Of a stretch of DNA of 58,321 bases, positions 38,037 through 47,149 are shown piece after piece (positions within the stretch are counted from its first letter, which is position 1; every line of letters starts with the position of its first letter). A program made the position numbers and the translations under genes. The DNA is from an uncultured Candidatus Saccharibacteria bacterium (lineage in GTDB: Bacteria > Patescibacteriota > Minisyncoccia > Phycocordibacterales > DATDWN01). The stretch covers positions 1 through 58,321 of the forward strand of contig CAZQVT010000003.1 in the NCBI GenBank assembly GCA_964596875.1, read 5' to 3'. The notes beneath the pieces were generated by a model. It saw only the letters and a program-made list of their open reading frames with translations, did not search any database and was not told the origin of the DNA.

Positions 38037-41000
38037 TTATAGCACAACAGAAAATGAAGTCTCTCCGTCACCAAGTTCTACAACATAAGTTTGTTTATCT
38101 TCTGAAAAACTTACTTCTGAAACGCCAGTTGGTGTTTTTATCATTTCTGCATACTCTTCAATTATTTGTTTTTTGTCAGATGTAACAACAAGTTTTATAA
38201 CTTCATTAGGATTTAATTTTTCTGTTTTTCTAGCATCTTGAACAGCCCGAATAATATCTCGGGCCACACCTTCTTTTACCAGTTCCTCCGTCAAAGTAGT
38301 ATCGAGTTTTAATTCTGTTCCAACTTTAACTTCTTTTACATTTACTTCATCAGCAATAATAAGTAGAAGGTCCTGAGAAAAATCTTTTGCAACTATAAGT
38401 GATGAAAGTGGTTGGCGAACCTTATGTCCAGATTTTTGTCTAAGTTCCAAACTCGCAGTTACCACCTCTCTAACATTTTTCATGTTTTCCAAAAGTTCCC
38501 CGTCTACACTTCCCGCTTCTGGCCAAGTTTCCAAATGCACACTTTCCTGCATTCCGTTTGTTTTCATTTTTTGAAACACCTCCTCAGCAAAGAAGGGTGT
38601 AAATGGCGCCATGTATTTTGCAAGTTCAATAAGCACAAAAGAAGTTGTAGCCAATGCCTCGTTCTTTTCATCCACATTTTCCGACTTAAACCTGTCTCTT
38701 GAACGACGAACATACCAAGTAGAAAAGTCATTTACAAAGTCTCGCAAGGGTCTCGCCGACTCGAATACTTGGTATTTCTCCAAAGATTTTGTTCCACCCA
38801 GGATTAACTCATTTAATCTAGATAGAATCCACTTATCCAAAACGTTTTTACTTGTATTATTTGGTGAAGTTTTATCGTCTTTATATAGTTCGTAAAACGC
38901 TACAATGTTTAGAAGTGGATTGAAAACTTTTTTCACTATCTCATCTACAGTTTTTTCATCAAAGTTTTTAGAATCCCCAGGTTGGTTTACCATGTACATC
39001 CAGAGCCGCAAAGCATCCACGCCGTATTTGTTCATGAGTTCCCATGGGTCTAAAATGTTTCCAACAGATTTAGACATTTTTTTGCCATCCTTATCTAGAA
39101 TATGTCCCAGACAAATAACATTTTTATATGCTCGTCCCTTGCCCATAAGTACACCGATAGCGTGCAGTGTATAAAACCATCCGCGTGTTTGATCTATTGC
39201 TTCCGAAATAAAATCTGCAGGATAAGCAAGTTCTTCTTTATTCCAAGGATAATGATCCTGTGCAAAAGGCATCGAACCAGAGTCAAACCAAACATCCATA
39301 ACTTCTTTTACACGAGTTAACTTGTTTCCATTCTCATTCACAAGTTCGACGCCATCTATATATGGTTTATGCAAGTCAGTTTCATATTTTTCGTTGTGTG
39401 GAAGTTCTACAAAATCCAGTTCGTGCACCTCAGCGTTTTTTATAAATTCCTCTTTTGCATAGCCAAAATCTATAGTTTGTTTTCTGTTATAACCCATCCC
39501 CGCAGACTCTAGGGCCCAAGATGTATGTTCATGAGTAACAAAAAGTATTACTTCATTAGTATTTTTACTTTCTGTCTCATACAGAAACTCACCCGTTCTA
39601 ACTTTTACATCCGCCAGGTTTTCTGCTCCGCCCGCACGAACATCAAAAATATCTTCATCGCTTTTTACAAGTTCGTGATACACATCTACAGATTTTCCAC
39701 TCAGGCTTCCTAGATCATGCTCACCAAGTCTTTCATCAAAAGTCAGCCTATCTTCACCTAGATCGAGTTCCTTCAAAACTATTTGTGCAGTTTCTTTTGT
39801 TCGTACAAAAGGTGATGCGATTATTTTTGTAATACCTTTTTCTTTTAAGATTTTTACTGAATCCAAAACCTGTTGTTTGCCTTTTTCTGTTAGGTGAAAA
39901 TCATCATCTTTTTTGCAACTCAAGATGTTTGCAACATTGTGCCCTCCTTCACCATGACGGATTATGAAGTATTTATTTGTAGATTTCTTAGAATATTTTT
40001 TCAAATCTTCCAAACCGCCTATTACTTTTCTGTTGCCATTTTCATCCTGCCAAATAGGTAGAGGAGTTCCCCAATATCTTTCACGACTTATTGCCCAGTC
40101 TTTTATCTCTCTTAACCATTCTCCAAAACGACCCTCTTTTATATGCGCTGGTTCCCAACCTATATTTTCATTTTCTTTTACTAACGTATCGCGCAAACTA
40201 GACATTTTTATATACCAAGAATCTCTTGCGTAGTAGATAAGAGGAGTTTTACATCTCCAACAATGTGGATATGAGTGCTCGTATTTTTCTTTTTTGAAAA
40301 GCAGTCCCTTGTGAGCCAAATCTTTTATAATATCCACCGCGACCTCTTCATCTTTTACAAATCGCCCAGATAGAAAGTCCATTTCATCTAGAAATGTTCC
40401 ATCGTCTTTTACCAAATGATATTTTGGAAGGCCTATTTGTGTCCCCAAAACGAAGTCGTCCTGTCCGTACATTACAGCAGTATGAACAATACCAGTACCA
40501 TCTGTAGTTGTAACGAAGTCTGCTTCGTATACCTTGTAAGCTTTTTGAAAACTTTCTGGATTTTTATCAGCAAATTTTTGAGAAAGATATGGGTACAGTG
40601 GTTCATATTCCATACCAACCATTTCGCTACCTTTGTGCTCTGCAACAACTTCATAAGGTTCTGTAATAACTGAAAGTCTCTCTTTCGCCAAAACAAATAT
40701 ATCGTCCCCAACTTTTGCTTCAACATAATCTACATCCTTACCTACTGCCAACCCTACATTTCCAGGAAGAGTCCACGGAGTTGTAGTCCAAGCCAAAAAG
40801 TATGCGTTTGGAAATGCTTTTATTTTAAACTTTGCAGTTACAGAAAGATCCTTATCATCTTGATACCCTTGTGCTAGTTCATGTGACGAAAGAGCAGTTC
40901 CACATCGCGGACACCAAGGTAAAACTTTATAGTCTTTATACAACAAACCTTTTTCTTCTACTGTTTTTAAAATATTCCAAACAGACTCAATAAAAGGAGT

Positions 41001-41456
41001 ATCGAAAGTATAGTATGCGTCTTTTTTATCTACCCAGTATCCTATTCTGTCGGTAAATTTTTCCCATTCTTCAATGTATTCAAATACACTGTCTTTACAC
41101 TGTTTGTTAAAGGCCTCAACACCATATTGTTCTATTTCTTTTTTAGATTTAAGTCCCAACTTTTTTTCTATCTGAAGTTCTACAGGTAAACCATGTGTGT
41201 CCCAACCAGCCTTTCTTCGCACATAAAAGCCCTGCATTGTTTTAAAACGCGGAATAATATCCTTGAAAACTCTGGCTGCCAAATGGTGGAGTGCAGGTCT
41301 CGCGTTTGCTGTTGGAGGACCTTCATAGAAAACAAACTTCCCTCGCGGAGAATCTTTTTTCAAAGTTTTTTTAAAAACTTCTTTTTCCTGCCAAAACTTT
41401 AGAACTTCTTCTTCTTTTAGAGCAGTTTGTGATTTTTGTACTTCTTTCTCGTTCAT
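38037..41456 (-). CDS. ileS: Isoleucine--tRNA ligase (Thermus/type-2-like) with internal histidine-phosphatase domain insertion
   Basis: Start taken at the ATG (MNEKEV) behind GAGGA; the track start at 41468 is TTG. [8 protein letters not shown], CP1 editing [10 protein letters not shown]...[42 protein letters not shown]. RHG...[10 protein letters not shown]...THEH insert at ~39515-39974. Confidence 0.93.
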   Translation of the reverse strand: [1139 protein letters not shown]

Positions 41457-41477
41457 AATATTCCTCAATATTAATTT

Positions 41478-41680
41478 TTAATAAAATAAAATCCGTCCTC
41501 ACCAAACAAAAAGTTGTTTAGCAAGGACGGATTTCGTTCCGTGGTACCACCTTGTTTTCCGGCTTTATACCAGACTCATTACAGCTTTAACGGGCTTACC
41601 CGTTGGGTTCTACGGCCTATCTGCTTTCTTCCCAAAGCTCGGAGTTGATTGCTCCTCTACGCTATTAAAAATAGCATAGC
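41478..41680 (-). promoter_or_regulatory. T-box riboswitch leader of ileS (Ile, AUC specifier) with terminator/antiterminator
   Basis: Minus strand shows AGC-GUAGA-GGAG-CAAUCAA-CUCC-GA-GCU (GA/K-turn-like motif plus hairpin with AUC in the loop). Then UUGGG...CCCAA and CGGG-UAAG-CCCG. T-box AACAAGGUGGUACCACGG (41535-41556). Terminator AAAUCCGUCCU...GGACGGAUUUUAUUUU (41488-41534). Confidence 0.75.
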
Positions 41681-41704
41681 ACAAAATATCCTGTAGATAA
41701 AGGG

Positions 41705-42130
41705 CTACCTGCCACATGCAGACCCTCTGTAACAATTATTACCAGATTTAAAAATTTCAAAACTCTTAAATGGAGTCAGTCTTACCATATCTACAACTGC
41801 TGTCAAAAAAAGCAGAGTAACGAAAATTAAAAAAATATTTTTAACTAACCCATAATTCTTTGTATCTAACCATTTCTGAAATCGTTTTGCGAAAAGGATA
41901 AAAATTATTACAGAGGCTATACCAAAAGGAAAAACTAACATAGAGTATAGAAAACTAACCATTCCGAACGGGACAAAAAGACCTATAAAACCAGCAAATT
42001 TACTCCAAAATGGAATAAAAACTCCATCTACCAAATAAATAGAGTCTAAATTTATATAAAGAATAGTTAGTAAAACCCACCAGAACCAAATGTTTGATAA
42101 AATTTTACTTACTGTTGTTTTTTCGTTCAT
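41705..42130 (-). CDS. Small polytopic membrane protein, unknown function
   Basis: 141-aa ORF with about 4 hydrophobic segments. No motif recognised. Confidence 0.55.
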   Translation of the reverse strand: MNEKTTVSKILSNIWFWWVLLTILYINLDSIYLVDGVFIPFWSKFAGFIGLFVPFGMVSFLYSMLVFPFGIASVIIFILFAKRFQKWLDTKNYGLVKNIFLIFVTLLFLTAVVDMVRLTPFKSFEIFKSGNNCYRGSACGR

Positions 42131-42140
42131 AAATATATTA

Positions 42141-43805
42141 TTACATTTTTTCTGGAATCTTTATGCCTAATAAGGTGAGCCCGTTTGTCATTATCTGAAC
42201 AAAACTTTCTGTAATCGCCAGGCGATATGGTGAAGAAATATCTGTTTCATCTATTATTTTTGAATGAGCGTAGAAACTATTGAACTCCCCAGCAAGTTCT
42301 GTAAGGTATGTAGTTATATAGTGCGGTGCGTATTCCAAACCTGCTCTTTCTACCACAGATGGAAATCTTTCCAACTCTCTTTCTAGGTTTGTAGTTTCCC
42401 AGTTTTCAGGCATAACTTTTGAGACAGACACTATACTGTGCGCTTTTTTCAAAATTGAGTTTGCTCGAACAGTCGCATACTGAAGATAAGGACCAGAATC
42501 CCCTTCAAAAGAAATCGATTTGTCAAAATCAAAAATAATATCACCTCCAATAGACTGTCGTAGTATTGTGTATTTGATTGCACCTATAGAAACGATTTCA
42601 GCAACTAGCCCCTTCTCACTCTCGTGAACCTCAGAGTCTTTCATTTTTTCTAATATTTTTTCTTTTACGGCATGTATCAGACTTTCAGCTGTTATTATGT
42701 TTCCTGTTCTTGATGACATCTTTCCTTCTGGCAAACGCAACATGCCATGCGAGATATGTTTTGTTTTCTTTGCCAGGTCGGGGAAAACTAGAGACATCGC
42801 TTTTAGCAAAACTTTAAAGTATTCGTTTATTTCGTTTCCAGTTACGACAATAGACACATCATACGGATACGTATCGTATTTAAGTTTAGCGAGCCCCAAT
42901 TCCTTGGCTTCATATGTAGGCAAACCTTCTTTGTTTATAAAAACTCTAGTGTGAAGTTTTTTATCGTAGTTTTCGCCCTTAAAAACTACTGCACCCTCAC
43001 TTTTTTCAAAAATACTACCTACATTTTTTTCTACAGTTTCTTTTCCAAAATCCGCCACCTCACTTTCAAAAAAGTAGTGATCAAACTTTGTGCCAAGTAT
43101 TTTATACATCACCTCAAAATATAAAAGTGATTTTCTTCTACCATCTTCATACAAGTCGTTTATTTCTGCATCTGTGTGGTCGTATATTTTTTTGTTTATA
43201 TCAATAATCTCTTTTTTTGCCTCTTCGTTTTCAGTATATGCCTTATGACCCTCTGCATATGCCTGCATAAGGTCTGTGCCTTTTTTCATAGACCAAACAG
43301 CCTTGGCCACATGAAGCCCTACATCTCCCTGGTAGTTTGCTCTTTGTATTTCTGCTCCATTTGCCTCCATTACTCTAGCCAAGGACTCACCTATTACGTT
43401 TGGCATCAAATGCCCTATATGAAATTCCTTGAATGGGTTTGGGTCAGTGTATTCAATAATAACCTTTTGGCTATTTAGATTTTTATTTTTTCCAAAACTT
43501 CCACCTTCAGAAATTATTTTTGAAATATTTTCTGAATAATATTTTTTATCAAAAAAGAAGTTTATAAAACCTGGAGCAGCAATAGTTGTGCCGAAAATAT
43601 TTCGAGCCTCGAGTTTGCTTTTTATTTCACCGGCAAGATACATTGGCAGCTGATCCAACTCTTTTGCATACGACATTGCAACCACAGTAGAATAATCCCC
43701 CTTTTCTTTATGTGTTGGCACAGTCAAAACCACAACTGGGGTTTCTACTCCAAGTTCGTTTAGTATGTCCTCAATAGCCTTTACTATTTTTTCCTTCATT
43801 GCCAC
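42141..43805 (-). CDS. argS: Arginine--tRNA ligase
   Basis: 554 aa. NPFKEFHIGHL (HIGH region) and the C-terminal DALR-type anticodon-binding domain ending in ...KM. Confidence 0.93.
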   Translation of the reverse strand: MAMKEKIVKAIEDILNELGVETPVVVLTVPTHKEKGDYSTVVAMSYAKELDQLPMYLAGEIKSKLEARNIFGTTIAAPGFINFFFDKKYYSENISKIISEGGSFGKNKNLNSQKVIIEYTDPNPFKEFHIGHLMPNVIGESLARVMEANGAEIQRANYQGDVGLHVAKAVWSMKKGTDLMQAYAEGHKAYTENEEAKKEIIDINKKIYDHTDAEINDLYEDGRRKSLLYFEVMYKILGTKFDHYFFESEVADFGKETVEKNVGSIFEKSEGAVVFKGENYDKKLHTRVFINKEGLPTYEAKELGLAKLKYDTYPYDVSIVVTGNEINEYFKVLLKAMSLVFPDLAKKTKHISHGMLRLPEGKMSSRTGNIITAESLIHAVKEKILEKMKDSEVHESEKGLVAEIVSIGAIKYTILRQSIGGDIIFDFDKSISFEGDSGPYLQYATVRANSILKKAHSIVSVSKVMPENWETTNLERELERFPSVVERAGLEYAPHYITTYLTELAGEFNSFYAHSKIIDETDISSPYRLAITESFVQIMTNGLTLLGIKIPEKM

Positions 43806-43849
43806 ATAATAGCACCTGATGAACTCTTTATAAAGTTCTCACTTACTGG

Positions 43850-45022
43850 CTATTTTCTTAAAATAGAGTTTATTTTTCTCGCAATATTTACGAAATCTCT
43901 TTCTTTTTTACCTCTTGTAGTTTCTGCTGCAGAACCAAGTCTTATTCCTGAAGGGTCCATCGGTGATCTTGTCTCTCTCGGAATAGTATTTTTGTTTACA
44001 ATAATCCCAGCCTTCTCTAGTTTAGTACTTGCATCCTTTCCAGATATTCCCTTTCCATCCATCCAAGTATCCATCAGAACTAAATGCGAGTCTGTACCTC
44101 CAGAAATAATTTTCCAACCAAGATTCTTTAACTCCTTAGCCAAAGCATCTGCATTTTTTACAACTTGTTTTGCATATTTTTTAAATGCTGGGGAGTCGGC
44201 CTCCTTTAGTGCAACAGCAACTGCTGCTATCTGGTTTAAGTGTGGACCACCTTGAAGCCCTGGAAAAACTGCACGGTCTATTTTTTTATATATTTCTCTT
44301 TCGTCTATTTTAGAAAATATCATTGCTGACCTTGGACCTCGAAGTGTTTTGTGAACTGTTGTTGTTACTACATCTGCATATAAAAATGGTGATGGATATT
44401 CTCCTCCTGCCACCAATCCTCCAAAGTGAGACATATCAACCATAAGATATGCGCCGACAGAGTCAGCTATTTGTCTAAACTTTTTAAAGTCCACAACTCT
44501 TGGATACGCCGTAAACCCAGCAACAATTATTTGTGGTTTTTCTTTTTCTGCAATTTTAGCGATTTCGTCGTAGTCTATTTTTTCATCCAAACTACTTACG
44601 CCAAAAGGTACCTGCACCCAAGCCTTTCCAGTCATTGAAACTTTATGACCGTGTGTTAAGTGTCCCCCGTGTTCCAAACTCATTCCCATTATTTTAGAAC
44701 CTAGTGGAACGATACCGACATACACAGCAAGGTTTGCTGGCGAACCTGAAAGTGGCTGAACATTCACATGCCATTTTTTATCTGAAAGTTTGAAAAGTTT
44801 CAAGGCTCTTTGTTTGCAAAGTGACTCAATCTTGTCGACTATTTCATTTCCACCATAGTATCTTGCGTTAGGATATCCTTCGGCATATTTGTTTGTCAGT
44901 TCTGAACCCAAAGCTTCTAAAACATCTTTTGAAACATAGTTTTCTGAGGCAATTAAATTAATAACTTTTTTCTGTCTTTTCTTTTCAGTATCTATTAGCT
45001 TTTTTATTTGTGTGTCTTTCAT
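43850..45022 (-). CDS. glyA: Serine hydroxymethyltransferase
   Basis: 390 aa. LIASENY, TTTVHKTLRGPR (PLP lysine context). Confidence 0.95.
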   Translation of the reverse strand: MKDTQIKKLIDTEKKRQKKVINLIASENYVSKDVLEALGSELTNKYAEGYPNARYYGGNEIVDKIESLCKQRALKLFKLSDKKWHVNVQPLSGSPANLAVYVGIVPLGSKIMGMSLEHGGHLTHGHKVSMTGKAWVQVPFGVSSLDEKIDYDEIAKIAEKEKPQIIVAGFTAYPRVVDFKKFRQIADSVGAYLMVDMSHFGGLVAGGEYPSPFLYADVVTTTVHKTLRGPRSAMIFSKIDEREIYKKIDRAVFPGLQGGPHLNQIAAVAVALKEADSPAFKKYAKQVVKNADALAKELKNLGWKIISGGTDSHLVLMDTWMDGKGISGKDASTKLEKAGIIVNKNTIPRETRSPMDPSGIRLGSAAETTRGKKERDFVNIARKINSILRK

Positions 45023-45095
45023 ACCCTATATGATAGTTTAAACCGGATAAAAAACAAACATTGCTAGCCCCCTATTTCCGGGCTATAATCTTGTT

Positions 45096-46007
45096 ATGAA
45101 AAAACCCGAAGAAAGGACTCCAGACAGCCAGTACAAGCAATTATTAAGAGATATTTTAGAAAAGGGTGTTAGAACTCCAAGCCAACAAGGCACCGATGCA
45201 ATTACCCTGATTGCTCCTAACCCAATGAGGTTCAAACTAGAAAATGGATTCCCGATGATTACCGAAAGAAATATGAATCCGAAAGTAAATGAAAATTTAC
45301 CAGTAACTGTATGGCAACAAGCAATTGGTGAAATTTGTGGTTTTATTAATGGAGCAAGAACGGTAGAAAAACTTGAGGAGTTTGGTTGCTATTGGTGGAA
45401 ATCTTGGGCAACTCCAGAAAAATGTGCAAAACGCGGATTGGAACCTGGCGATCTAGGGCCCGGATCCTACGGCGCTGGCTTTCACGACTTCCCGACTTCA
45501 GAAGGGCCAAGTTTTAACCAGTTCAAACATATTGTTGAACAAATAATCGAAGAACCTCAACTGAGAACGCATTTTGTAAGTCCGTGGATACCACAATACA
45601 TCGGCAGAGGAAAAGGCAAACAACAAAAAGTTGTTGTGGCACCTTGTCATGGCTGGGTAAATATTAGAATAATAGACGGAAAACTAACACTCCATATGAT
45701 GCAGAGATCTGGTGATGTACCGGTTGGTGTTCCATCAAATATGATTCAATACGCTGCACTGGCAATGATGATTGCACACGTAACCAATACAACCGCATAT
45801 GAATTTGTGCATAGTATTTCTGATGCACATATTTATGTAGACCAAATTCCTGCAGTTGAAACTATGCTATCTAGAGAAGACCGAGTATTCCCAACAGTCA
45901 CAATGAACAAAGACAAGAATGACTTGTTTGCATTTAGAAAAGAAGATTTCGAATTAACAGATTACAACCCACATCCAGGGATAAAGGCCATACCTGTTGC
46001 AATCTAA
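45096..46007 (+). CDS. thyA: Thymidylate synthase (ThyA family, divergent)
   Basis: 303 aa. VAPCHGW (catalytic Cys), MQRSGDVPVGVPSNMIQYA, SDAHIY, C-terminal PHPGIKAIPVAI. Confidence 0.8.
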   Translation: MKKPEERTPDSQYKQLLRDILEKGVRTPSQQGTDAITLIAPNPMRFKLENGFPMITERNMNPKVNENLPVTVWQQAIGEICGFINGARTVEKLEEFGCYWWKSWATPEKCAKRGLEPGDLGPGSYGAGFHDFPTSEGPSFNQFKHIVEQIIEEPQLRTHFVSPWIPQYIGRGKGKQQKVVVAPCHGWVNIRIIDGKLTLHMMQRSGDVPVGVPSNMIQYAALAMMIAHVTNTTAYEFVHSISDAHIYVDQIPAVETMLSREDRVFPTVTMNKDKNDLFAFRKEDFELTDYNPHPGIKAIPVAI

Positions 46008-46012
46008 AAATT

Positions 46013-46492
46013 ATGTCAGAAAATAAGTTCATAAATATTTCTGCCGTTAGAAGAGAAGACCAAAAAGTCGTAATGGAAGAAATAAAAAAAGAAGGTCATT
46101 GTCCTTTTTGTGCTGAAAATATAAACAAATACCACAAAAACCCAATCATTAAGGAGGGTGAGTTTTGGATACTTACTGAAAATCAATGGCCTTATGAAAA
46201 AATAAAACACCAACTTTTAGCAATCTATAAAACGCATATTGAACATATTAAGGAAATGGACCCAAAAGCTGGGAGTGAGCTGATTGAGATGTTTGCAGAA
46301 GAAACAAAAAAAAGAAAAATTCCCGGAGGAGGTGTTGCGATGCGTTTTGGGAGTAACCCAGAATATGGAAATTACGGCAGTAGTGTATTACATATTCACG
46401 CACACTTAATAGAACCAGACTTGGAAAAACTTGAGGAATCTGAAGCTTGGAAGTTTAAATTTGGACAACCAAAGAACTATAAGAAAAAATAA
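46013..46492 (+). CDS. HIT-family nucleotide hydrolase/transferase (native, AT-rich copy)
   Basis: 159 aa. CPFC near the N-terminus and histidine triad VLHIHAHLI. Confidence 0.8.
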   Translation: MSENKFINISAVRREDQKVVMEEIKKEGHCPFCAENINKYHKNPIIKEGEFWILTENQWPYEKIKHQLLAIYKTHIEHIKEMDPKAGSELIEMFAEETKKRKIPGGGVAMRFGSNPEYGNYGSSVLHIHAHLIEPDLEKLEESEAWKFKFGQPKNYKKK

Positions 46493-46501
46493 ATTCTTTG
46501 T

Positions 46502-46529
46502 TTGACAACTTTATATAAAAAATTATAAC
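46502..46529 (+). promoter_or_regulatory. Sigma-70-like promoter candidate upstream of the GC-rich gene
   Basis: TTGACA (46502-46507), 16-nt spacer, TATAAC (46524-46529). GGGAGG RBS at 46552-46557. Confidence 0.35.
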
Positions 46530-46564
46530 CTCATATCGGAACCAGACTGCTGGGAGGCAAACCC

Positions 46565-47149
46565 GTGACACCGATACTGGTAATACCCGGAATAAGCGAC
46601 CCCGCTACGCTTGCGTGCATCGCACGATCACGCAGGTACGGACAGTACGTGAAGGCGGTGGAGAACGCCCTTGCGGGCGTTTGCCCCTTCTGCACTGTAG
46701 ACAGAACCTACAACCAGGTAATCGCCGAAAACGAGCACTGGTACGCGTGGCCGTGTCGGCCAGCCGAGAACCACACGTTCTTCCACATCCTTTTCGTGCC
46801 GAAACGCCACGTGAAGGACTCAGAAGAACTGAGCGACGAGGAGACCATGGCTCTCTGGGGTCACGGTGGCATCAGAAGAGAAGTTCGACAAATGCACGGC
46901 TACAAGAGCCGGGGCACCCTGATGCGTGACGGTGACGCCACCTTGTCGGCCGGGACCATCCAACACCTGCACATCCACGACATGGTACTGGCTGGTACTG
47001 GACGAGTCGAGTCGCCCTTCTACAAGGGGCTCGAGTCGGAGCACGAAGGCATTCGACGGGCTCAGGTCTTCGAGAAACTCCGGACGGGTACCCTCGTTCA
47101 CGAACTCACACCCGAAGAACACGATCTCGTCACAGGACGAGTCTCCTAG
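46565..47149 (+). CDS. HIT-family protein (GC-rich xenologue of the adjacent gene)
   Basis: 194 aa. GTG start 7 nt after GGGAGG. CPFC, FHILFVPKRHV, triad QHLHIHDMV, colinear with the 46013-46492 product. Confidence 0.75.
   Translation: MTPILVIPGISDPATLACIARSRRYGQYVKAVENALAGVCPFCTVDRTYNQVIAENEHWYAWPCRPAENHTFFHILFVPKRHVKDSEELSDEETMALWGHGGIRREVRQMHGYKSRGTLMRDGDATLSAGTIQHLHIHDMVLAGTGRVESPFYKGLESEHEGIRRAQVFEKLRTGTLVHELTPEEHDLVTGRVS

Noticed and set aside
45096-46007. ThyA-like gene as a dCMP/dUMP hydroxymethylase for DNA hypermodification
   Set aside because: Asn177 (dUMP-specifying), the Tyr/Glu residues and the extreme C-terminal ...PHPGIKAxPVAI used for active-site closure are retained. folA and glyA are adjacent, as expected for a dihydrofolate-producing thymidylate synthase. 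No glycosyl- or other base-modifying transferases are nearby.
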